Source: a virus. From it: a stretch of DNA of 64,000 nt. Under the pieces are notes generated by a model. That model worked only from the letters and a program-made list of their open reading frames with translations. It searched no databases and had not been told where the DNA came from. The position numbers and the translations under genes were made by a program. The stretch is from the IMG/VR virus record IMGVR_UViG_3300049215_000686, positions 64,001 through 128,000 of that record. One strand, 5' to 3'. Positions 37,500 to 47,914 of this stretch are shown one piece after another. The stretch's first letter is position 1; each line of letters starts with the position of its first letter.

Positions 37500-37579
37500 T
37501 CCCCATCTCCCTCATGTCCATACAACCGATATGATTAAATTTTTACCTAAATTTTACATAAGTACAAGGAATAAAATAC

Positions 37580-38026
37580 CTAGTGAGATGAAAAATATTC
37601 CTTCCACTCACTCCGCGTCCAGGCATACTGACCGATCAATTCAGAAGCCTGAGCATAAGGCAAAGACCAATAAGACTGGAAGATGGAAGTCGCCCATCTG
37701 ACCGCAGATTTATCGGCTTTTACTCCTAAATCAGCGAGTTCTTCAATCAAGTCTTCTTCGGTATCACGCCATGAGGAAATGTCGTCTCCAAACAAAAGCC
37801 CAAAGACGGGATCTTTTCTCAACAACAAATGGCCCACCTGAAAAAGAAGGGAAGGGATAGCCTCTAAAGACTCTCTCGTTTCTCCCACTTCAATAGTCTT
37901 TTTTGTTACATCTAAGACGCTTTCTCCCGGAGAGATTTCATGACTGGCCAAAAGCCGATAATCAGGAGCAAGAGCCCGAACGATCCTTCTAACGACATGA
38001 AAATCGTTCATTTGCTCTATGCTCAC
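37580..38026 (-). CDS. hypothetical protein
   Basis: ORF track. Confidence 0.55.
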   Translation of the reverse strand: MSIEQMNDFHVVRRIVRALAPDYRLLASHEISPGESVLDVTKKTIEVGETRESLEAIPSLLFQVGHLLLRKDPVFGLLFGDDISSWRDTEEDLIEELADLGVKADKSAVRWATSIFQSYWSLPYAQASELIGQYAWTRSEWKEYFSSH

Positions 38027-38352
38027 AATGCGCCCATCTCTTTTAAACGATCCACCATGTATTTCAGACGGTTATTGCCGGATTTGATCGCATCGTTGAT
38101 GGGGCCAACGATTTGACTCAGATTTTCTCTGGCTTCCAGGATCTCGGTCTTTGTCTTTTTGAACTCCTTAGAATCTTCAATCCCTTTTTGGGTCTGAATC
38201 ATCTCGGCCTTAATTTCATCAACTGATGCCGCATTAATTTTATCGGTAAATTCCGGACTCAATCCAATAGGCAACTTCTTTTCTTTCTTCATAGATATGT
38301 CTCCCTGAAAAGAATCATACCTTTCTTTGTTTTTTATCCAGGCAATCACCAC
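38023..38352 (-). CDS. hypothetical coiled-coil protein
   Basis: ORF track; probable start MKKEKK. Confidence 0.6.
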   Translation of the reverse strand: MVIAWIKNKERYDSFQGDISMKKEKKLPIGLSPEFTDKINAASVDEIKAEMIQTQKGIEDSKEFKKTKTEILEARENLSQIVGPINDAIKSGNNRLKYMVDRLKEMGAL

Positions 38353-38439
38353 AAACTTCCGGTTGAACGCCCTTTTCCATCCCAGGAAAGGTCATTTGCC
38401 CACAAAGAGGACAGGCATGGATCTCTTTGTCTTCGGAAT

Positions 38440-38874
38440 TCACTTGGGCCGCCCGTCCTGATCCAGGAACCCTTGCTGTTTACACCATTCGATACCCTTT
38501 TCAGAAACGAGCCGAGGCAGGTCATGTTTATTGAAATAGTCTCTAGCCCGAGCGTCGAGTTTCTTTTCAATATCGTTTACAACCGTTTTGCCGCGATAAT
38601 CATCTGCTGTTTCAACGATATGTGCTTCCGGCATCCCCAAAACTTGAGTTAAAGGCTGTCCACAAACCTTACACGCGCCAGAAAAGGCATCGGCTTCTTC
38701 TTTTTTCAAGAGCCGCCTTTCTTCGCGATTACAAGGCTTACAAATAAATCGATAAATTGGCATATCTGCTTTCTTCTGGTTTTTGGACCATTCCTCCATC
38801 AATGCTTTAAGTTCGGGCCGGGTGTCGTCCATGATTGACCTCAAAAGAAAACTAAGAAGAAAAATACAGCCCAA
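38440..38874 (-). CDS. FmdB-type zinc-ribbon protein
   Basis: MPIYRFICKPC...CKVCG. Confidence 0.7.
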   Translation of the reverse strand: MGCIFLLSFLLRSIMDDTRPELKALMEEWSKNQKKADMPIYRFICKPCNREERRLLKKEEADAFSGACKVCGQPLTQVLGMPEAHIVETADDYRGKTVVNDIEKKLDARARDYFNKHDLPRLVSEKGIEWCKQQGFLDQDGRPK

Positions 38875-38962
38875 AACGCTTCAATATAAGGAACTTTGCC
38901 AGTATAGACCAAAAATGCAGCCGCAAGAATCCCTGTGGCCCTAACGGTATTTGCGCTCATTC

Positions 38963-39145
38963 TCATTCCACCAAACAAGACGGCTTCACCATTGAGCGAA
39001 CCTCTTCTTTAACAAGAGACTCATATGACATCTTGTAATGAACCCAACGGGTCACGTAAAAATCCGCCAAATAAAGACCGCCCAATACTGTGACGATTGC
39101 GATCCCACCAAGCCATAGTCTCCAATGTTTCATATGCTTTCCCAT
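38963..39145 (-). CDS. small membrane protein
   Basis: One TM segment. Confidence 0.5.
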   Translation of the reverse strand: MGKHMKHWRLWLGGIAIVTVLGGLYLADFYVTRWVHYKMSYESLVKEEVRSMVKPSCLVE

Positions 39146-39597
39146 TTCTTAATTTGTTCGGCTAAATCAGCCAATGAATAGACAACCTTAAGTTCAGGCA
39201 ACATGAGCCCCATCTGGATTTCAATATCTTCGCGTCGCCAAAACTGTGGGTCCACTCCGACAAAAATCGGCTTACTATTGAAAACACGAGAGAAACTTGC
39301 CCAAGCCCCAAGTTCATAAAGAGTAATTGCGCATTTGGCTGGATATGGGAACCAAAACGAAACGGCATCAGCAATATGAAGATGACGGAACTCCCATTCA
39401 ATCTGTTCGCGACTAAGTCCTGAATTGTTCACATCAAAGGATGTTCGCCTCGGATCAAAAACGGTCAAATCCGTAGGATCAAGAAGACCGCTCAACTCAG
39501 TTTGCCAATCCGGAGCCCCCGTAATTCCTCCCGCCAAAAACAAACATAAATCATGTGGCTGCCTAATGTATCGTTCCGGAGCAATGATCTTTTTCAT
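39130..39597 (-). CDS. nucleoside 2-deoxyribosyltransferase-like protein
   Basis: FLAGGITGAPDWQ, PRR, QIEWE, ITLYELG. Confidence 0.85.
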   Translation of the reverse strand: MKKIIAPERYIRQPHDLCLFLAGGITGAPDWQTELSGLLDPTDLTVFDPRRTSFDVNNSGLSREQIEWEFRHLHIADAVSFWFPYPAKCAITLYELGAWASFSRVFNSKPIFVGVDPQFWRREDIEIQMGLMLPELKVVYSLADLAEQIKKWESI

Positions 39598-40112
39598 AGG
39601 CTCACCAATAAATAGACAATAAGCAAATCGGTTAAACCATGAACAAGTTGATCTAAGCCCAAAGACCACCAAAAGAAGGTGTTGCCTCTCAGTTCAGCAC
39701 CGAACTTCTCCCGGACACCCTCCTCGCCCAACCTGGGGAGATAGGATAAAATATGTCTCATTTTTTCTTCAGAAAGAGCCTTAAATCTTCCCAAATAACG
39801 CGGCCCTGCCTTGATTCGGTCCATGATGAAATGGCAAATGAAATCAATCCCAGCCAAAATAGGGGGTAAAAGGCAATAATCGGCCAACATCCCGAAGTGA
39901 TCGAGCCACCAACAAGAAATTAAAAACGTAAAGCCAGCATGAACAAGGCAATGACTTGCAAGGGGTAAAACGAAATCCCAATTAGGGGAAAACTTTTTCA
40001 GCATCCACGGGCGTTGAAGGGGAAAATCCGCCAGGAAGTGTTTCAGAAGAAAGACCGCTAATAGAAGAAATATCGGATTCGACGGAAAGCATATTACGTG
40101 GATTAATTCCAT
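39594..40112 (-). CDS. DUF3307-like membrane protein
   Basis: KHFLADFPLQ, H..VH, HF.MD..K, GLDQLVH. Confidence 0.8.
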   Translation of the reverse strand: MELIHVICFPSNPIFLLLAVFLLKHFLADFPLQRPWMLKKFSPNWDFVLPLASHCLVHAGFTFLISCWWLDHFGMLADYCLLPPILAGIDFICHFIMDRIKAGPRYLGRFKALSEEKMRHILSYLPRLGEEGVREKFGAELRGNTFFWWSLGLDQLVHGLTDLLIVYLLVSL

Positions 40113-40335
40113 TTTTTGCGTCCTCTATGTCTTCATTGATCTCGACCCTATAATGCGAACTGCCCACCATCTCGCTTAAGATGTAGTTCAGTGCCCGCTC
40201 GGCTGTAACGACGATATTCTCTAATGATGTCTTAAACCGGTTGTTGCCGTCAAATTCAAAAACGTTCGGTTCGCGACGAGTCTCATTAGACCGAATCACC
40301 CATCCGTTTTGTGCTTCTTCAATTTCGATTCTCAC
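39982..40335 (-). CDS. hypothetical protein
   Basis: IEIEEAQNGWVI start motif. Confidence 0.55.
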   Translation of the reverse strand: MRIEIEEAQNGWVIRSNETRREPNVFEFDGNNRFKTSLENIVVTAERALNYILSEMVGSSHYRVEINEDIEDAKNGINPRNMLSVESDISSISGLSSETLPGGFSPSTPVDAEKVFP

Positions 40336-42062
40336 CCAAGAGCCTCACTCTCAATGGCTTTCATCAGCCCTTCTTGCATCGCTTTTACCTGCTCGACGTT
40401 CTCAGTCCGTTCAAGAACAATCGCGCCACCCAGCGTCATAAGCAACTGAGCGACCGACAATGCATTTTCAAGGGCTGAAAGGGTAACTCGGGTTGGATCC
40501 ATGATCCCGCCAACCCACCACTCAACCAATTCACGCTTCAATGCATCGTATACATAAAAGTTATCAGTATCATTAACCGGAGGGCCAATTTGCTCTAAAA
40601 GAGATTTCACTTCGCCAATACCCGCGTTCTCCAAAATCCGAACAAACGGCTGTTTCAAAGCGTTCACAAAAATCGTGAATGGAGATTTGTTTTTTGAAGC
40701 GAAATAAATATCTTTTTCAAGATGATTTGCAATCAAAGCGAGTGTCGATCCACCACCGGGAACGACTCCCATCATCAAGGCCGACCTTACCGCACAAATT
40801 GCATCAGTCACCCGTGCGTGACGTTCTTTGGCTTCCAGTTGAGTCTTACCCCCCGCAAAGATCGTAGAGACTCCGCCCGTCAAGCGGCCAATACGGTAAC
40901 GAATGAGATCGCAATCAAACTCTGAAGCCCCTTGCATCTGCTTTTTAAGATCCGCGATCCTGCCCTCGACTCGTTCAAGTTCAGATTCCCCGATAATAAC
41001 GCCTTCGCTTCTTCCCAATTTCATGGTTTCACAAAAACCAAGTTGCGGAAGTTGCGATTCAGTCAGAGGAGAGCCTTGGGGATCAAAGACAAAGCCGCCC
41101 GTATAAGCCGCCACATCATGCAAAAACTCACTTCGACCATTGGCTTGGCCATTTCGTGGAGTAATCACGGGAACAACCGTAAGAGTTCCCCGACGAAAGT
41201 TCTGTGCCATCATTTTAAGGACTTGATCACTGAAGCGGTGACTGAACACAATCAAAGGGGCTTTAATTGATCGACCAGCGGAATCGAGTTCAGATCCAAC
41301 TCTTTGCATCAGAGGAACAATAGTTCCAATATCATTGATTTCCCCGTCATAGAGGCACACATAGGCGCCTTCGACCATGCAATCGCCCAAATCGTTACGA
41401 TTCACAAAAGAAGGGCCTGCTGACCCCCCAAGATCGGTAAGTCCAGAATTGAAAGAAAAACCTTTTTCGAAAGAAACGCGGCATTCGGCGCCCGCTCCTT
41501 CTTCAGCGATACAGATGCCGTCTTCACCGACTCCCTCGACCGCTTCGGCCACTGCCTGAGCAATTTCAGTGTCTCCATTGGCGCTAATCAAAGCCACATG
41601 CTCGATCGCTTTTTTGGCTTCCTCTTTGGCAAGATCTCGGATGGATACCGATTTTTCAAGGATCGCGGGGCGGATTCTTAAATTGTAAATGTTTTTCAAT
41701 TCACGAGAAAGAAGTTGCGGAGAATATCCAGGATTTGCCTCTAAGAATTTTTGGCCTTCTTCAACCAAAGCCGCGCCTAAAACAATGGCCGTGGTCGTTC
41801 CATCACCAGCATCTCGAACCGTTCTTTCACAAATTTCAATCGCAGAGCGAGCAACGACATCTTCGAGATCTCCTGATCCCTGAAAATGACGCGCAACAGT
41901 AACGCCGTCTTTTGTAGATAAAGGAGGCCGATTTTCAACTTCCAGAAGAATGGGTCTGCCGCCCGGGCCGAGAGTCGCTGCCACGATCTGGGAGAGATCC
42001 TGAATCGCCTTCAGAACAATCTTCTTCGTCGCTTCGTTGCCATGATAAGTCTTCATTTTCAT
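40332..42062 (-). CDS. groEL: GroEL-like chaperonin
   Basis: TLGPGGR, TKDGVTVA, AGDGTTTA, ISANGD, GVVPGGG, IMDP. Confidence 0.95.
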   Translation of the reverse strand: MKMKTYHGNEATKKIVLKAIQDLSQIVAATLGPGGRPILLEVENRPPLSTKDGVTVARHFQGSGDLEDVVARSAIEICERTVRDAGDGTTTAIVLGAALVEEGQKFLEANPGYSPQLLSRELKNIYNLRIRPAILEKSVSIRDLAKEEAKKAIEHVALISANGDTEIAQAVAEAVEGVGEDGICIAEEGAGAECRVSFEKGFSFNSGLTDLGGSAGPSFVNRNDLGDCMVEGAYVCLYDGEINDIGTIVPLMQRVGSELDSAGRSIKAPLIVFSHRFSDQVLKMMAQNFRRGTLTVVPVITPRNGQANGRSEFLHDVAAYTGGFVFDPQGSPLTESQLPQLGFCETMKLGRSEGVIIGESELERVEGRIADLKKQMQGASEFDCDLIRYRIGRLTGGVSTIFAGGKTQLEAKERHARVTDAICAVRSALMMGVVPGGGSTLALIANHLEKDIYFASKNKSPFTIFVNALKQPFVRILENAGIGEVKSLLEQIGPPVNDTDNFYVYDALKRELVEWWVGGIMDPTRVTLSALENALSVAQLLMTLGGAIVLERTENVEQVKAMQEGLMKAIESEALG

Positions 42063-42702
42063 AATCGCCTGACTCCATTGAGTTTTTTGCGTTTCTGGCG
42101 GAGTTTTGCAGCCCACCATCGATATATTCCCAGCCTAAAAACTTACACGCATCGCGAATCCCAGGGTTACCATACGGATCCAGAACCCGATCACCTGGTT
42201 GAAGATCGGCGAGTTGTCCGCAATTGAGGACTAGAGCCGCCGGCAAAAATCGTCGATCCCGCCTGTCATTCCTTAACGGCCAGTGATCTCCAATACAGGT
42301 TGCGTATTCGTCTTCATCAAAAGTTCCTTCGCGCCCTTCAAAACCTTTTTTGATCTTCGTGGCGGCTTCGCGGTTAATGTGATAATTTTTTTGCTTCGCT
42401 AATACGCCCAAAACTTCCCAGGTATTCGTCAGTCTTTTTGATTTCGTCGTGACAATCGATCGATCCCGATACCAGCAAATTTTTGCCGCAATTACCAGCC
42501 CAGCGTCTTCCAATTCACAAAGGAGGCGCCCGCCGTTATTGGGGAATTCCACATGAATCGGCATCGAGACAAACATGAGCCCGCGAGCATCAACAAATTT
42601 TGCCATTTCCAAAACAGGCTTGATATCGAAGCGGGAGCAATAAGGAAGACGGGTGATTAATGCTTGGCAATTAGGGATCTTCATCTTGACATGGCGCTCC
42701 AT
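41935..42702 (-). CDS. degenerate DNA methyltransferase-like protein
   Basis: PGDRVLDPYG motif-I-like; catalytic motif altered (TRLPY). Confidence 0.5.
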   Translation of the reverse strand: MERHVKMKIPNCQALITRLPYCSRFDIKPVLEMAKFVDARGLMFVSMPIHVEFPNNGGRLLCELEDAGLVIAAKICWYRDRSIVTTKSKRLTNTWEVLGVLAKQKNYHINREAATKIKKGFEGREGTFDEDEYATCIGDHWPLRNDRRDRRFLPAALVLNCGQLADLQPGDRVLDPYGNPGIRDACKFLGWEYIDGGLQNSARNAKNSMESGDYENEDLSWQRSDEEDCSEGDSGSLPDRGSDSRPGRQTHSSGS

Positions 42703-42761
42703 GACTTGGCTAAAATTAGGGTCACAAGAGTATTATACAAAAAGGGAGATTTATTGATTTT

Positions 42762-43016
42762 ATGGAGAAGGACCTAAAGAAACTTTGGAAGATCTACCGA
42801 TCAAAAGCGCCCGTAAACCGGCAAACCTCTCAAATCCGAGCATTTCAGGCATATCAGGTAATTAAGCCCTATTTAACCAAAGAAGAAATCAGTAAAATAG
42901 AGACTGCTCTTGGCCATGCCCTTTTTGTGGGAGAAGGCCGAAGAGAATTTGATCACATTTGCACCGAGATCGAAAAACGCCTATTTCAAACCCAACCATT
43001 CTTGTCTAAGTCTTAA
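42762..43016 (+). CDS. hypothetical protein
   Basis: ORF track with SD GGGAG. Confidence 0.55.
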   Translation: MEKDLKKLWKIYRSKAPVNRQTSQIRAFQAYQVIKPYLTKEEISKIETALGHALFVGEGRREFDHICTEIEKRLFQTQPFLSKS

Positions 43017-44021
43017 TCCAATTCTTTCCCAGTCTTCATGATTCTTTTGAGAAAACCGAATTAAAGATTGGCGAGAAAGACCTCTTTCGGCAAATTCAAC
43101 TGCTTTTAAAAATCGATCCTTAGTAAAAGAATAAGACTCTACCGAGAAATCTCCAAAATCATATTCTTTGCAATAAAGAGCCGTCTTCCGGGTAACCCCA
43201 ATATTGACAAAGGGAACCCCTGCAATCGTCGCAAAAATGAGCCCGTGATATTTCATACTGACAACCAAATCCACCGACTCCCGAAGAGTATTTATTAAAT
43301 CCGTCGTATCGCATCCGCTTTTATAGATAAGATCCTCAGGCATAATTCCGACGTTTCGATTGCTTCGCATCCTCGACATCACATCATAATGCATTGCGAT
43401 ATCGTAGGCATAACGTCCATTCGATAGATGAAGAAACCCGATGTCATACCATTGGTTCAGATAATCCAGAGACTTCGCTAATTCCCATTTGAAATATTCG
43501 AAATAAGAAACTTCGGCGAACTCTTTGGCGGTAATATCCGGATGAATTGCTGAATTCGCAAGAATTACTACCATCTTTTTTCGAGGAGAACCCTGCCGAA
43601 CAGGGGCCTCTCCGAAGCCAGGAATAGCAAAAGCCAAATCAGGACAGAGTTTTGCCGGCAACCCTCTTCGGGCACCCATAAGATAATCCGCGTAATTCCT
43701 GAAATAAATCTTTTGGCATGGCCCATCAAGCAAATCCAATTCGCTCTCATACCCCAGACCAACACCTAACGCATAAAAAGGCCGATCTTTAGGCAAAAGG
43801 GAAAGGTAATAAGGCTTGATGACATCTCCGCCACCTAGAATCAAAAGCGGATTATCCAAACCCTCCATCAAAGAGGTCGAACTAAAATAAAGAGGATTTT
43901 CAGGAAAGAGGTGTTGAAACGCTAATTTAAAAGACTCATCGCCTAAATTATTTCGTCCGTACCAACCCAAAATATTTATAGGGCGCTGAATTCTTGATTG
44001 CTCTTCACGCTGAGATACCAT
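42981..44021 (-). CDS. polysaccharide pyruvyl transferase family protein
   Basis: GWYGRNNLGDE, GGGD, GVG, PDLAF, MKYHGLIFA. Confidence 0.88.
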   Translation of the reverse strand: MVSQREEQSRIQRPINILGWYGRNNLGDESFKLAFQHLFPENPLYFSSTSLMEGLDNPLLILGGGDVIKPYYLSLLPKDRPFYALGVGLGYESELDLLDGPCQKIYFRNYADYLMGARRGLPAKLCPDLAFAIPGFGEAPVRQGSPRKKMVVILANSAIHPDITAKEFAEVSYFEYFKWELAKSLDYLNQWYDIGFLHLSNGRYAYDIAMHYDVMSRMRSNRNVGIMPEDLIYKSGCDTTDLINTLRESVDLVVSMKYHGLIFATIAGVPFVNIGVTRKTALYCKEYDFGDFSVESYSFTKDRFLKAVEFAERGLSRQSLIRFSQKNHEDWERIGLRLRQEWLGLK

Positions 44022-45262
44022 TTTGCGATCTTATCCCAGGTTCTTTGTTCGATAAAGTCAGTAGTCTTTTCTTTGATTGATTTTTCATAAACCGGATCTT
44101 CAAATATCCGAGATATTTCGTCAACATATTGAGAAATATCGGAACACACGGGGACTGCTCCCTTAAACTCCTGAAAAAAAGGAACATCTCCTAAAACAGT
44201 AGGAATGCCGCTCGCTAAAACCATTCGAATGGCGCCCGAAGCCCCATGAACCTTCCACTCCGGATGATTCCAATAAGGGAAGAGCCCAACCCGCGATTGC
44301 CGAAGGTAACTCAATAAGACCTCTTCGGATCTAAACCCTTTATGTAAAACAAAATTGTTAGTGAGATCTTTTTCTCGAACGATCTCCATGAGTTTATCGT
44401 AATAAGAATTGCCGAAATTTTCACTAAACCGGGACACATTAAAAATCCCGATATAAAGAACATCAGGATAGAATTCCTTTAAGTTCTCGACAATCTGAAT
44501 CGCTTGATCCCAGCCCTTATATTCGAACCCAAATCCATATTGAAAAAGAACGTGCGAATTCGACATTTGAGAAAACCTCATATCAATATGAGGAATCTTT
44601 AAACAGCCATGAGGAACATAATGAATCGGGCAATGAGTTATCTTTCTTTTTTTAAGTAAGTCTCTGCCGCTTTTGGAATGGACGATAACTTCTTTGCAAG
44701 GCGCCTCAAAGATAAGTTTGTCCACGTGATCGTAAACGCTATGAAGGACCACAATGGTACGCCAGCGAGACAAATGTCCTAAAAGCAAGTTCCAGTTGCC
44801 GCCATGATTAAAACAGCCGTATTCATGTTGAACATAAATGATATCCGGGTCAAAGGTTTCAATTTGAGAGATGATTCCGGAATAGTTTCCACTTCGATCC
44901 CAACAGCGAATCACTCCGTCTTTTTCATCATCCACGTAGTCTTGTAGGCTTGAGAATTCGGAAAAAATCTTGAGTTCTTTCACTAAAGGACGCATTTCGT
45001 CGCAAAGGTATTTAGTATAGGTCGCGATCCCACAATTGATGCCATAAGAGGCGATCATCGCGACCCTAAGGTCTTGCCAAGGCTGGTTTTCCGCATCTGA
45101 TTTAAGAATCAGCCGACCTCTCCAAACCTCATATTGGTCAATGATTTCTTCAGGACTTAAATGGCAAAGTTCGTAAGGCCGCTCGATTATTTCGCAGTTT
45201 TCAAACCGAAACCTTTCAGTTCCAACCGCTAAGATTTTCTTCCCACGGTACGCGATATACAT
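43976..45262 (-). CDS. GT-B (family 4) glycosyltransferase
   Basis: CGIATYT, VQHEYG, VPHG, FGF..KG, GASGA..LASG.P. Confidence 0.88.
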   Translation of the reverse strand: MYIAYRGKKILAVGTERFRFENCEIIERPYELCHLSPEEIIDQYEVWRGRLILKSDAENQPWQDLRVAMIASYGINCGIATYTKYLCDEMRPLVKELKIFSEFSSLQDYVDDEKDGVIRCWDRSGNYSGIISQIETFDPDIIYVQHEYGCFNHGGNWNLLLGHLSRWRTIVVLHSVYDHVDKLIFEAPCKEVIVHSKSGRDLLKKRKITHCPIHYVPHGCLKIPHIDMRFSQMSNSHVLFQYGFGFEYKGWDQAIQIVENLKEFYPDVLYIGIFNVSRFSENFGNSYYDKLMEIVREKDLTNNFVLHKGFRSEEVLLSYLRQSRVGLFPYWNHPEWKVHGASGAIRMVLASGIPTVLGDVPFFQEFKGAVPVCSDISQYVDEISRIFEDPVYEKSIKEKTTDFIEQRTWDKIAKWYLSVKSNQEFSAL

Positions 45263-45296
45263 CTCAAAAACGCCTTACTCATGGCTGGCGAACTCA

Positions 45297-45602
45297 TTAA
45301 CGTGAAATTTTCCACCAAATCTTTCTTGGCTTAGAAACAACCCACTGAATGTGAAGATAATACTTCTCTCGATGATGATGTTTTATCCTCCGAATGCTGC
45401 CAAAAACTTGGTCGGGTTGCTGATGAGAACACGAGCAATGCGATTGATCGCTAAGCCCATCAACAAACATCACCTCAACCATTCCGGGACAAAAAGGAAT
45501 CGCAAATTCCGTATCCCCCGTTTCTGTCACAGTCAAGTTCCCATGTGTTTTCATGAAATTACTCCGAAATAATGCCAACGCGGCGGACAACTTTTTCAAC
45601 AT
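45297..45602 (-). CDS. hypothetical protein
   Basis: ORF track. Confidence 0.5.
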   Translation of the reverse strand: MLKKLSAALALFRSNFMKTHGNLTVTETGDTEFAIPFCPGMVEVMFVDGLSDQSHCSCSHQQPDQVFGSIRRIKHHHREKYYLHIQWVVSKPRKIWWKISR

Positions 45603-45712
45603 AAATCAATGTAGAAAGGTTTTAGCGGCGGATCAAATTGTTCCGACATTTGATAAATCCGGCGAGCAATTGGACACTTGCTGGTTTGACCGGAATCCGC
45701 CACCAAAACTAA

Positions 45713-47896
45713 CTAAAACTCCACTTTCGTCTCATCAACACTCAAAGTATATTCGATCCCATTCAGAGTGAGCGTCGATTTTTCTCTGGACGGAAACTCA
45801 TCAAACCACTTTTTACCCAAAATAATTGCAAACTTTGTCTCTTGGATATCAGAGCGGACCAAGATCAATTCTCGCTTGAGTTTAGAAATTTCATCATCCA
45901 AGAAGGCAATCCTTACCGTGTCGGATGCGGTCTTTGACAAATTCTGGTCAAATAAATCGAGCCCAGACTTCACCAAAAGCATACCGGGAGTCAATTTTCC
46001 TCCCTTTTTGTTCTTCTCAAGCACGTCCTTAACCGAAGGCAACGAAGACAACCCCTTCATCTTGATCTCAAATTCTTTGGCCATATAGAAATCAGTGGCC
46101 TCGACCTTTTCAACCGGAGGGCTAAATCCGTTTCGACCAATCCCCTGGCTTTCAAGGTAGAGTTCCTGGTCAGAGGTCAACGAGCCCCTTCCAAGTTTCG
46201 ATTTGCCATCCGGATCGATCTCGTTTCTCAAATAATTGAGAGCCTTAAGTTGAGCCTCAAGTTCGAGTTCACGATGAGCCTTTTGGCAAAGCGTCCTTGC
46301 TGAAGTCTTCCCCTCAGCGATTTGGCGATTAATAATCGGGATTCGGTCCAGATGAAGGACAACTGGCGATCCACCATCTCCATACCGAACATAATCCTCA
46401 ATCACACCTTGACCATACAGAAGATCAAACGTGGTTCGAGAAAGTGTCACGGGCAGCCGGTCAACATTCAGAAAACCATCTTTTACAAGTGCGTAGTTTC
46501 TCCAAACATAAGTAGGATAGGGGTTAGTAAAGCCCTGTTTTCGGTAATCCCCTTGAAGTTCCACATGGCCTTTAATCTGAGCCAAGACCGATAAATTCAA
46601 TTTCGTCTTGTTCCAACTGAGTTTATTAAGCGCACATTTCACATTCCGGTCTGGGGCAAATTCGGGATATCCCGCCTTGACCTTAGATCCCGACCCAATT
46701 CGTTTATATTCAAAATCAGGATGATAGGGATAAAAGTGGGATTGTTCATCTTGCATCAGAGCCTTAAGAGCATCGAGCACGCAAAACGCATCGGATTTAG
46801 GTAAATAAGAACGATCAATCCCCTGGATGAAACGGCGTTTAGGATTGGCCATCGCTTCTTGGATCTTCCCTTCTGCTCGCCCGTATTCGGTATTAGTGAA
46901 CGCGTTATTGACCGAATCAATCAATTCACGATCACCAATCACTCCCAATACCTCCAGCGCGACATCAGATTTGGCTCTTTGCGTCAACAAATAAGCCGCG
47001 CCGTATAGCCCCCGAATCATCGATTCTCGGTTAGTGGGACGCTTCAGATCGCTTTCAGGCAAAGAAATCTCTTCTCCTCCAGTGGGAGCCCGATCGGTCA
47101 AGATATAAATTGAATCACGATTGCCTCGCGTAGGAACGAATTCAACGGCTCGATCAATAACGGAATACAAATTGATTTGTTTTCCATTGATCCCAAAGGT
47201 CAGGGCGTCTTTTGAAACCGGGATATCAAGATCAACTTTCATTTTTAACCCGTTTTCACGAGAATCTTTCATGAAGCCGTCGAGTTGTGCGGAGAAAGTC
47301 GGCAAACTTTCCGAATGAATGAGCGAGCCGCCTAACCTTTCAGCCATTTGGCTCATCAATTCTTTATTGTAATAATCTCCGTAACCCACGAGAAGACTGG
47401 AAGCGATTCGAGAACCAATTTTTTCAATCGCAGAATGAATCGCTGTGATCTCTCGCGAATAATTCGAAACAACCGGGTATCCATCTGTGAAAAAGCAAAG
47501 CGCAAAATTGGATGAAATATTCGAAAGATCTTTGAGCACTTGATCGGTGTCATTCAAAATCTCACTGAAACAAGTAGTGGTCAATGAATGCTTGTTCCGA
47601 TTAATCGTGTCTTCAAGAACCTTATAGTCACGATTTTCGGTGATTTTGTAGCCCTTCAACATGAAATTGCTCTCGCCCTCACCAGAAAACCAACCCAGCG
47701 TGATCGTGTCTCCTACTGGGATGTCTTTGGCTTTTACAACGAGATCTCGGGCCAATTGTGGAAGAACTCCCGACATGGACCCTGATCTGTCATAAATCCA
47801 AACATGATTGATATGAGACGGGCGAGATTGTGTTGGGTGACTGTTGACGAACTGCTCGACCAGATAAAGATCTGGCTTAATTTTAAAATAGCGCAT
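45713..47896 (-). CDS. vWA-domain protein
   Basis: YDRSGSM MIDAS; FTDG. Confidence 0.85.
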   Translation of the reverse strand: MRYFKIKPDLYLVEQFVNSHPTQSRPSHINHVWIYDRSGSMSGVLPQLARDLVVKAKDIPVGDTITLGWFSGEGESNFMLKGYKITENRDYKVLEDTINRNKHSLTTTCFSEILNDTDQVLKDLSNISSNFALCFFTDGYPVVSNYSREITAIHSAIEKIGSRIASSLLVGYGDYYNKELMSQMAERLGGSLIHSESLPTFSAQLDGFMKDSRENGLKMKVDLDIPVSKDALTFGINGKQINLYSVIDRAVEFVPTRGNRDSIYILTDRAPTGGEEISLPESDLKRPTNRESMIRGLYGAAYLLTQRAKSDVALEVLGVIGDRELIDSVNNAFTNTEYGRAEGKIQEAMANPKRRFIQGIDRSYLPKSDAFCVLDALKALMQDEQSHFYPYHPDFEYKRIGSGSKVKAGYPEFAPDRNVKCALNKLSWNKTKLNLSVLAQIKGHVELQGDYRKQGFTNPYPTYVWRNYALVKDGFLNVDRLPVTLSRTTFDLLYGQGVIEDYVRYGDGGSPVVLHLDRIPIINRQIAEGKTSARTLCQKAHRELELEAQLKALNYLRNEIDPDGKSKLGRGSLTSDQELYLESQGIGRNGFSPPVEKVEATDFYMAKEFEIKMKGLSSLPSVKDVLEKNKKGGKLTPGMLLVKSGLDLFDQNLSKTASDTVRIAFLDDEISKLKRELILVRSDIQETKFAIILGKKWFDEFPSREKSTLTLNGIEYTLSVDETKVEF

Positions 47897-47914
47897 CCTT
47901 GCTCCTTAATTGTT

